Assembly (NCBI GenBank): GCA_038496445.1
Contig: JALMLS010000376.1
Span: 496,001 to 560,000, forward strand
Reading direction: 5' to 3'
DNA: 64,000 nt
DNA from: Trichosphaerium sp. ATCC 40318
Taxonomy: Eukaryota; Protista; Tubulinea
This document shows positions 26,501-37,393 of this stretch, one piece after another (within the stretch, counting starts at the first letter, position 1; every line of letters starts with the position of its first letter). Under the pieces are notes generated by a model that had not been told where the DNA came from, did no database searches, and saw nothing but the letters and a program-made list of their open reading frames with translations. A program made the position numbers and the translations under genes.

Positions 26501-29065
26501 GTGTTGCTAGAACCAATCCAGCTTTTCTAAAAAAAAGTAAGTAATACTTGGATAAAACTCTAAAATGATTGTACCTGACTTCATAGTTAGGGTTAACAAC
26601 GTCTTCGTAGACATTGAATAGACGCTCTCTTACAACACCTTCATAGTCTGGTATATCTCTCAACTTGTTGAGTGCGTACATAGCAGTTACTTGTACTTTT
26701 GGGTGATAGTGCGTTGTAAGCTTGTTTAAGAACTTGTAAACATGTCTGTTATGGGTGTTACCCAAAGAACGAATCCAGACGATTAAATCCTTAGGATCTT
26801 CAGTTTGTTCTGCTCTACTCATTAAAGTCTTGATATAAGTCAAAATATCTCTTGATGACTCCTTATCCGAGGATTCAAGTGCAAGGTATCTAGTAAAGCA
26901 AACAAGTTAGACGTTTTAAAACAATAATGTAGGGAAAAAAAAAAGGAAAAGCTCCGACTAACCTGTGGATCATACTACCCAATGTCAACGGTAGTTGCTT
27001 ATCAAGTGCGGAGTTGAACTTCTTTGGAATGTTATCATGAAGAATCATGAGTCCTTCTATACGTGGGTACGGTTGTAATGCCAAAGAATGCAAAGCTGAC
27101 ATTTTCAAATTTGCCGAATTGTGGTCTCCTTTATAAACGTTCCAGAGTATGTGAAATACATCATCATGATCGACATTGGAGATAGCGTTCAATGCAAAAG
27201 AAAACGTTCTATCAGAACACTTTGTTTGGCATGATTCAACAATCAGAGGCATAACAAGTTGAGGGTGATCTGAAAGATGATCTTTGATTTTATCAAAAGC
27301 TCTAGCGTTGGATGTAAGGTTATCCTCTTTTGCAATTTCTTCTGAAAGCACAATAACAGCATCAGCAATCTTTTGAAGTGTCTCTCGTTCTTCTGCAGAT
27401 CTCTTGTTTAAAGTAGGTTCTCTGTGAAGCATTCATTAGATGAAGGCGGTTACAGAGTATTAAAGGCGTGAGGAGGAGAACGTACTGTGTGTTGTGCGAG
27501 TAGAATAAGTTAGTCTCTTGAGATTCACCAACACTACGTTTGTGATGCTTCACAACGTCGCTCCACGAATTAAAGCTTACAGAACGTTTTCCAGGCTGAT
27601 CACGGACACTATGAAGACGCATTGAACCTATCAACCTGTAAATATGTAACATTGGTGATAGTATATAGTACCTGTAGAGGTTGCTAGTACTGGAGAAATA
27701 TGATCTTGTCCAGGCACTGATATATGGTGTCTCTCTTTGTACGCGCTTGAAGCAATAATTCGTGATACCAGATCAACCTTATGGTTACCTTGAGATTCAA
27801 TGTTAGAAAATATGACTGATTGAATTCAATTCAAAAAAAAAAAACACGTGCTATTGTGGTTGCTGACATATTTTGGTTTGCCAGTTTTATATTGCTAGCA
27901 TAGAGGTTAGCGAGGGAAGTCCAAAAACACCTGGGTAAACTGAACATACCTCGTTGTAAACGTGGCGGGTTTTGAGAGGTCTGTATTTACATTTATCCAA
28001 GTCCTTTTCTCTGTGGATAGCTACTGAGCGCTTACCAGACGTCGCCACAGTTTCGCGAAGGCGGTATTTTGTTTGACAATGACCTAAACGGAAAAAAGTG
28101 TTAGAAATAGTTCCTTATTGCTACCAATACGCGTACCAAGCACGTCCTTATCATGATGGACTGTCTCATGCCCTTCAGAGTTAAGAGCACGTTTTGAAGC
28201 CGTATAGGTATCTTCATGAAGCAAGCGAGTTTGCAAAGAGCTAAAGGAGCGATAAACATCCAAAACAAACAAAAAAATAATAATGAATGTATCACACGTG
28301 TTATTGATTACCGCGGTAAAAAAAACTTGAAAGCTGAGAGATGAAACGTACCTTAGTAAACCGCGCTTTATGTTAAGAATTTCTGGGACTTCATCTTTGT
28401 CGGCCAGTATTTTTTCGATTTGGCCATTACTAGAGAGCGTAAAGTACAATTTACGTTCGCTTAAGGATTTGTCCAGGTCGTGCGACGCATCCTCTTGTAC
28501 TTCCATCTTTCCTGTTATTCTATTGAAATGTCTAGGGTTGTATGTTAGACCAACGGACGAGGCTCAAAACTGAAGTGGGGCATGTAGTTGGAGTTTAGAA
28601 AAAAATGCAGCTCATCGAATGTAAACCCCATACCGTATACTTCCATGTGTAATAGATAACTGACAAAAGTGATCATAATGGTCATCGACGTTTCGAGGTT
28701 CTGATCCGAGAACTATTACATCGGCAGTTATCTACCAAGAGCACATTAACGATCGATAAAGTTTGGTTGCTTCGTAAAAAAAATTATCTCAAAAAAAAAA
28801 ACACTTACAGCCATTTCGTTCATCTCATGGTTTTCTTGATTGTTCTCTTGAACTGTAATATGTCTCGACTCAAACTCATAGCGATATATCTTCCCAGTCT
28901 TGTAGTCAAGTTGCTGGGAAACAACCAAACTAGCGAAAGACAACAATACTGCCAGACGCAATAAAACTATATAAACGTTAGAACACCTCAAGCTATCGAA
29001 GGTTGTAGACCACTGCGGGTGCAAGTTATGGCAATGGTATAGTCCTATCGTTTGTACTTACACAT
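14567..29065 (-). CDS. Giant multi-exon type I membrane protein: signal peptide, vitellogenin/MTP-like large lipid transfer module, TSP3 repeat, 2 LamG domains, cadherin/Ig-like repeats, TM helix
   Basis: ATG 29065 (4-nt exon) splices to MFLLRLAVLLSFASLVVSQQLDYKTGKIYRYEF; DVLGHCQTKY...[67 protein letters not shown] and KNVNDVP repeats; TM FYGVVAVAVLVVLALIAIVVGVIIL; every junction checked kept the frame. Confidence 0.8.
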
Positions 29066-32000
29066 GTTGTTTGGAAAGAGCGTTTAGTTTCAACGGAGAA
29101 GAGGTGCTTTCAAGTGTTCGTTGATTTCAATAAATTGAACGTTTTTCTCGTGAACCATGGAATTTTCCGGTTTTTTCGCGCTGGCCGGCGTCCGGTCGCC
29201 GCAAGGCTGTACATACCACCGGCGGTCCTCATCTCGCGGCGCCGCCCGGCAAACCCAAAACCGCAGAACACATTCAGGAAACATGTGCATGGAACTTCTT
29301 TATTCCTCGTTTTTGAAAGAAAACACCAATTTTGAAACGCTCGCTGTGAACGATGTCACTTCGAGGCGATCACTTGCCTGAAATATCTGTTGACGCTGAT
29401 CACGTGTCAAAAAAAAAAAAAAAGGCCGATTTGCCAACGTCTTGTATTTTGCGCCGTATAAGCGTCTACGCTGTTGGGCGACCGCCGTTGGAAGATTCAC
29501 GCGCGTTCAGCAATCGACCTTAAGAACTTCCCTGCTTCCGGAACTTCCTTTCAAGCGATTAATTTCCAAAGGCTCCTCGACGCTATAGGCGGCCTCCGAA
29601 CATCACTTTAAGGCATTTCGCAGCTGGTTCGCAATAATATCGCAGTAGTGAACATAAAAAATCGCTCACAAGCACACTAGAAGCTGAATATTCAACGCAA
29701 ACCCGAGTTTGCCTTTGGGGGTAAACCTTTCTATTAAACGCTTCAGCAGACTTCGCCGTTTCATGCCGCAAATTCACCTAATCTGAATCTGAACCAAACC
29801 CGTTCCAAACCTGTTGTCAAACCGCGCCACTTTAACAATTCCAGCGTACGGCAACATTTCCAAGAAAAACAAAGACTAAGGGCAATCGGCCCTGCAAACG
29901 ATAGTTTCAGGTGGATAAAATTGTTGCACGTCGTGCAGTAACTTTGTGAACAGAAAAAGACATACACCCACAAAATTGAGCGCCGCTCTGAGAAACGTTG
30001 AGTAGCTCCAAGACCTAAGGCGTAACGACTGTTCTTCTTGTTTGTCTTGTCTTTTTATAATAAAGAGCACCATTGCGTCTCCTTCGGTTGCAGCTAAGGA
30101 ACTTGCCAAACACTTCGACAAAGAAGTAAATTGGAGACAATTCACTAAACATTCAGTTTATTTATCGTTCTTGCTTTTATCTTGCGGATCTTTAAGGAAA
30201 CTTCCACTAATTTCTAACCCAACGGGATGCATTTGCGGGTTCAAATGACTGAGAGAGTTGTTTTGTTATGTTATAAATACAATAGTGAACTTCTGCATTT
30301 ACTGTGATTGTCGCTCTTCCCCAGCTACAAGCCTTCCAGATGATCTCAAAACAAGTACAAAACTATAATTTATGCCATCTCAACACTCGTTGATTTACGT
30401 TGATGTACTAAAGAGCGAACGTTGCTGTGTTATAGCACAACTTGCAAAACTAGGAGCAAATACCATCAAAGATTAGACAACTTGTTAGACGTGTCTAATC
30501 CTGAAAGCGGCAATTCCTTAGACTCTTTCTGTAGGTTAATACACCATTCTTGTAATATACTATATTGCTATTCAATTCTATGCTTGGTTGAGATGTAGAC
30601 ACTATTAGTTACACTAACGCTATCCACAAAATAGGCGAACATTGCTTGCTTGCGAAAACGTTTCTTGAGATAAGACGTTAAAAAAAACGATCGCATCTAC
30701 AGATGGTAGTGGCACTACTCGGCTTCGCAGGCTACAAACTTTTGAACCGAGCAAGCATCGTTAAGAAAACAGGACCTAAATCAAAACGTTTTGAAACTTA
30801 GCTATCACATTTGTACTTCCGACAGATGATTCATCTGCTTCTATTTCCTTAGCCGGCTGCAAAAACTCAAAAGGTCAACCTTTTTACAAGCTACTCCGTT
30901 GGCCACCAACCTTTACTTACAAACTACAAGATATCAAGTATTGCATCAATATCACCTTATGTTATTGCCATTATCATATAACACGCACGTGGCAACTTGT
31001 ACACTACATGTCCTTTAGATGTTTCTAACGTTTATTGACAAAACTGAGAATGACAATTTGTTGCTGAAAACAAGTAAGATGAAAATGCCGATACTTTTTG
31101 GTTTCGGGGTGTTGTGTAAGGCATAGCTGCCTTAAAGTCTCCTCCAAGAAGTTACCCAAGCTGTACCACTGATCACGCAAGCGCTTATTAATTAGTAATG
31201 ATAAGGATAATGCTTGTGGGCAGCCTAGCACCCGAAAGTGTGTACGTAGAGCCAACAACCCAATAATCTCAGAAGCTCTATACCATTTCTTCTATTAGCT
31301 TTAGAGCACTCTCCAACAACGTACGCATCAAGCCGATAAAAGAGTGGCCGTTGCCGACGAACCAATTTCTACCGGCTAGAAACTATGTCTACACACTTGT
31401 AGCCAGCAGAATCGGGCAAACTAAAACAAAGCCCAACAAACGAGTCAGGTTGTCTCAATTATCGGCAAAATAACCTAGCTGAACGCCAGGCACACTCTAA
31501 ACGGACCTTGTGGTTTATTCTTTGTCGCAGAAACGTACCGCCACCTCTACAAAGAGATACATAGGCCTGTAGCTGCGACAAACCGTGAACCACGCGCAGG
31601 GCGTAAGTTCAGGTACAAAAGACATAAACAAACAAAAAGGCACGCCAATAAACTTGTTTCTAAAACATTCTCAAAAAACAGCGCCACGCGCTCAAAAAAC
31701 TCACTATTTAATACAAAAAAGCGTTTTGAGAGATTTCGCTCTAAAACGCTTTCTTTTCGCCATTTACGCATTTCTCTCATCGAGGGTTTTTTAAATACCC
31801 GTGAGTTTATGTCTCAAATATAAAACAATTCCGAAAACGTCACACAATCCACCAGAAGGTGTTTTGGTTAGAAAAAATTTCAAAATATTCTCGTTACTTT
31901 TTCAGACAACAAACAACAATTTTATTTGTGTCTTACGCCATGATACACTCCAAAAATATATTAGAGCACCTTTCTAGCTCTTTTTGACGAAAAAAAAAAC

Positions 32001-32166
32001 AAAAAACGAGTTCACTTTTCTTTTATAAAACAGCTCTCTACTCGGCTTTAAATTGCTTGTGGCGTCAATCGGCAAAACAAAATATTCCGGTACGTCAAAA
32101 CTCTTTTCAGTCAAAACACGCTCATCTTTCGGTTACCGCAACACTTAAAGCAACAACAGACGCAAT

Positions 32167-33022
32167 ATGAGCACACCAACAATGACTCCAATGGCCCCTA
32201 TGGCCCCTGGCCATCATATGCCACCAATGGCTCCAATGGCCCCTATGGCCCCAGGCCATCATATGCCTATGGCTCCTGGCCATCATATGCCAATGCCTCC
32301 TGGCCACCATATGGATATGGGACACATGATGCAGATGACTTTTACGTCTGGTATACACGTAAAAGTATTATTTGACTTTTGGGACGCAAAATCACCAGGT
32401 GTTTACGCAGCTAGGTACGTCTACGCGTTTGCGAGTAAACATGCAAAATTTTTTTGGTTTTTTTTTTATTTAATACGTTTGGTAGTATTATTATTGTATC
32501 ATTCTTTTGCTTGATGTATGTATTCCTCCATTATCTTACGCAAAAACTTCAGCGCGATCGCATGAGAAAATTCAGGTACGATTTTTTTTTTTTATACCTG
32601 CATTTGGGTTCATGTGTTGTATTTTTTTGACGTTGTGAGTAGTGCACGCGAAGACATATCTTGGTTGCTAACGATTATTCAACTCGTAGCTTATTGTGGC
32701 CAAGTTACTTTAAGTTACCTTATCATGTTGGTTGCTATGACGTACGCCGTTTTAGACTCTAACTTGTGGCTTTTTCTTGACTTTCTTTTAGGTACAATGC
32801 TGGGTTGTTTATTACAGTTGTTCTATCTCTTACACTTGGATATTGGATATTTTACTTGAGGCGCACTAAAATGACTGATGAAGAAGCAGAAGCAGAAGAA
32901 GCGCTTCTAATTGGTAAATCTGTACGTATTTCGTCTTTTTTTGACACTTCACTAACGTCTTTGAAAAGTATTCCTCAAACAGCGCTAAACACGGATTAGA
33001 ACCGGCTAGTGGCTGTCACTAA
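32167..33022 (+). CDS. Ctr (SLC31) copper transporter
   Basis: Met/His-rich N-terminus, MQMTF, VLFDFW, MLVAMTYN (MxxxM motif), C-terminal GCH stop after splicing. Confidence 0.93.
32182..32310 (+). repeat. Coding tandem repeats (MAP)n-GHH in the Ctr ectodomain
   Basis: Repeated atggccccta/atggctcc...ggccatcat units; 4x PGHHM. Confidence 0.9.
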
Positions 33023-33290
33023 TATAAATAAATAAAATGCAAGTTACATCCTTGATCAGGTTTTTTTTCTGTGACACTAGTCGTTACAAAAAAAGTTGAC
33101 TAGTTGGTTCGCCATGTACACGCCAAAAGTAGTTAAGGCTCCTCAGATTTTTAACAGTGACTATTTATTTTTTCTACAATTCTTTGTACAACTTTAACCG
33201 GTATTTTCTTAATTTCATGCGACACTCACCCTATACACTACATCACCAAAGAGTCTTTGAAAAAGTGGGCAAAAAAATAGGTTACGAATC

Positions 33291-34748
33291 TTACTCTTCA
33301 CTGTCTTCCCAGCTTGTATACTCCTTCTTGGTTACATCAGGAACATCGTAGTGCTCAATTGCATCAAACAACCATTTTGGATTTACAACAACATCTTCTT
33401 CATCAATAGCTACGCGTCTAGTAGATATGATGTAGTCAGCTCTGTTGGAGGCTTTGGCAAGCTATAAACGAAAGAGTGAGGTTGTGGAAATCAACAAATT
33501 CTTCGTTGACGTACAGTGCCTCCAAGAGCCAAAACAAGCTCTTGTATCTCCTTTTTAGAGGGCCGAGAGTGCGCACCAGCTCGCACCAATAGAGATTTTT
33601 TGGCGAGTAGAGGGCTACCACTACGCAAAGCCTTTCTCGATTTTTTGACGCCATCTTTAAACTTTGAGGAATAAAATTGGTCAACCTGTTGAGATAAGGT
33701 TGTTAGTTGTTTGGCACACCACGAGAGAAATTGTACCGGCTGCCAACTGTGCTTAGTTTTAGATTGTTGTACCCAGTCCTTTGTTACTACTGGTATACCT
33801 TTGCGAGATTTAGAACGTATGTAACCAAATAAATGAAGCTGTCAGCTACGTGCCAAAGGCAATTGCTCTTAAGACCTTCATTGTGCGTTGATTATCCTTA
33901 CCAACAACTAACTACCAACTGTTTAGAAGGAAAGTGTACGTAAATAAACGTACCACATCAGTGCTGAACTTCTCAACATCGTTGTCGAACGCATCCAGTA
34001 TCCTGAACACCTTCTTTTTTTCGGTGCTGTCAGAAAACTAATTAGCAGTTAACAAGTTTTACGAAGAAATGAGCTACATACGCTTGTTAAAGCTACCACT
34101 GGTGGGTCCTTATCGTCTGGTGCTGTGAGCGTGCGTTGAACTGGTTTGCGAGGGGAAGGAGACTTTTTTTGCTTTTTCTTCTTGGGGCCTATGGATATAT
34201 AAGGGTGTTAAACGTAGTACACTACGCACTAGTTTCTGTTTTAGAGGGTTTTGCTGTCTTTGGTTCTACGCGTTTACGTTTTGCAGTCTTTCTCTCCTAC
34301 GCTTATCAAAACCTCATATTATGCTCTCGGCGCACCTTATTCGTTGTTTCTGGCTCTTTTGTGGTTGGCGCTGGTTTCTACATACAAGATTAGGTTTATT
34401 CACGTGACGCGTCAGTACCGTAGTTTTAGCTTTTGGTTTCGCCTTTGGAGCCTTTTTGGGAGTTTTTTGTTTTTTGGGTCTACGTGTAGCTGTGGAATTA
34501 CCTGATTTGCGCTTTTGGGGCGCTTTTGTTTCCTTTGGGGGCGTATTGGCTTCTTTTTTCTCGACGGTTACTTCTTTTTCAATCTTCTCTACGTCAGGAC
34601 TTCCAGACACCTCATTAGGCTCTTCTTCATCCATTTTAACGTCGTTTATGGCTTCTTGGCCGCTTGCATCAATTCCCTCGCTGTTGTCATCGGGCATTTC
34701 AATATCGCCATCTTCGTCGTAACTTGCATTAGATGATTGGGAGGACAT
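33291..34748 (-). CDS. Tandem BRCT-domain protein with acidic/basic disordered N-terminus
   Basis: LVVGKDNQRTMKVLRAIAFGIPVVTKDWVQQS (BRCT1) and VVVNPKWLFDAIE (BRCT2) after splicing, including GC-AG intron 33799-33853. Confidence 0.8.
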
Positions 34749-35013
34749 AGTGCTGAATGATTTCTGGGAAAGGACAAATGTCGACGAGGTTAAGTCGGCT
34801 TTTTAAGTTTCCATTTCCTTTCACACATCCTGAAATGTAAATTCTTTATTATATTCGGTACGACCGACCGAACTATCACGAACGAGATGTCATCATTTTG
34901 ACAGGTGTCAAAAATGAAATGTCATTTCTGTCTAATGTCGGATTTTCCGTGTAGTCAACGCTTTTTCTTTGCACTCAATCACGGTATTTATAACCTTTAA
35001 AAAACGATTGAGT

Positions 35014-36548
35014 ATGTGCGAACCACAAAAAAAGAAGAGGAAACGGAATCCAAAGACGGAAAGTACTGAAAAAGAAACAATACCAACAATACAGTTTAAA
35101 TGCGGTGATTTTAGCTTCACACTATCAAAAGAGCTTCTCAACACGTATTCATCGTCTCTTTTTGCATCTAAAGTTCATTTTGAGTCATTACAAGAAAACA
35201 CATCAACAAAAACGGCACTGGAGGAATGTAGGCAAGCCAAACTATGGAGATATTATCATTTTGCACTAAGTATACCATAGTCATTCAAAGTACCTGCCAA
35301 CTATTGTAAGGTTTATGAAAAAAGAAGAACTAAACACAATCAAAGATCCGTCCAATTTATGGTTTGCAGCAGAATACTATGGCGTACCTATAGTGTGGAA
35401 CGATTTCAACATGCCTTATCGCACGTGCTAGTATTATCTGTATTTCTTACAACCTAGAGTAGAGAGTAAGGTGCCAATGTTGGTGATTGTAGATATACTA
35501 AAAAACTTAAGAAAGTGTTGGGAAGCCCTTCAAAGTGAGTTAATTGCACCTGTAAGTCAAAATAGTTTGTAGTATGTATGTATGTCATAGCAGTTGATAG
35601 GCAGATGCTGGTTTAGATTGCTACCCTGTTAAAAGTGTGAATAATGTTTATGCAAGGTATGTTGCTGAGCATGCACAAAAAGAATTTGGTAGAGCTGTTG
35701 TAGAAAAGTACTTTACACAGTGTGACTTGGTGCGTTGAATGCAGTAGTATCATTTACTGACCCTTTGGAACACTAGCACTACGAATACATTGAAGATAGA
35801 CAAGGCAAAGAAGAAATAAATGTGATTTGGGCAGATTATCAGGTTGGACAAGAAGTTTTTTCAAAGAGAGGTATCAGTGCAATCGAAGGAGATTTTTGGG
35901 CATTTGCAAACTTGAGTACGTGTTTTTCTAAGCTTATTGCGGTTTTACATTGATGTATCGGTTAGCTGAAGAGTTATGGGCAAGATCACAATTTAAAAGA
36001 TGGAGTAGTTTACTCAAAATAAGAGATTCTTTACGCCAAGCTTATCTACAACAGGTGTATCAAGGTGCTGTAGAATTTGTAGTTTTGTATATTGCAAATG
36101 GCTTTGACTGTCCAGACGAGATTAAACGCAATTACACTATAAACTCTGAGTATGTGGGCAATAGCTTCAGCATTTTCTTCTAAAGTGTTGCTATTTTTTA
36201 AACAACAGTCACCTAAATCACTACCCTTTTTGCTGTAAACGTGATGTTTAATTAACATTCGCTTTTGTAGTCCAGATAGCATATGCTCAGTTAAGACTCT
36301 AGTGGAAGATGACTACATGAGAGTAAAGCTTGGGAAAATACTTGGTGCATTCGTTCAATTAGGTGTACGTTATTCTCTATTATTCTGTATTAAAGTCATT
36401 TTCGCTCTAGATATTCATTGGAGAAAAGGTCTACAATGATGACGTTTTAACTATTACATTATCAATTCCCCAAGCTGATATAACAATGATTGATGATTTT
36501 TTACCAATATACCTAAGCCCATACAAACAACGCCAACCTCTAGAATAG
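35014..36548 (+). CDS. Hypothetical protein with N-terminal NLS and KCTD-type BTB-like domain
   Basis: KKKRKR; IQFKCGDFSFTLSKELLN...IVRFMKKEEL...LWFAAEYYGV resembles BTB_2; many short introns, model approximate. Confidence 0.5.
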
Positions 36549-37393
36549 CTCTTTGCTTCTCTTTTTTTTTTGTTTTTTCACAACTTACTAAGTGACAGTG
36601 TCACTGACTGAATGACTTTTTTATTATCGGGTGGTTAGCTTGAAGGATAACTAAGTCTGTTTTAATCCTTGAGTTGACACATAACGTACTTCATCAGTAG
36701 TACCGATAAATAAAAAAATTGAGAACTGTGGTAGAACTAAAATTAATTTGAAATGCTGAGAAAAAGCTTCCATTACTCAACATGTATGTCACCAAGGCTC
36801 TCAGTTTTTACACGCTTATTTAAAGTAGCATATTCTTAGTTGCTCGCTACTTGTTCCCAAATGGGAGCTAAACGCTTGTGAAAAATGAAAGCTAATACAA
36901 AAGCGGAAATTCTGTAGGCCCAACCCGAAAACGGAGAATAACACTGAATAGCGTAAGGGCGGTCAGTGCTTTAACATAAAAGACAAATAATAGTATGCAA
37001 GTCGAAGAATGAAAATAAAACCCAAAAATGGTTGCAACTGTTTTCAGAAAACCTATCGTGCTGTATTTTTGCATCAAACTAGCACTAACAAGCCTTCACA
37101 GCGTAACGTTGGTAAAAAGAGGCAAAGAAAAAGACTTTGGTTCAACACGCGTAAAGGATTACACAAAACCCGCAAACTAACTCATTGCACTAAACAATGC
37201 GAAGAAGGCACACTGGCTTATTTTGGCCATTTTACTCTTAAATACTAAAACGCGTGAAGCCAAAACAAACGAAATGCTGACATACTAAGGCAAATGTTTT
37301 TCAAAATAGTATGTTCTAACATTCCTGCGTAGCAAACGGAGAAATCCCCATACGAACACAGTTTTATTCATCAAAGAAGCAACTCATCTCGTC

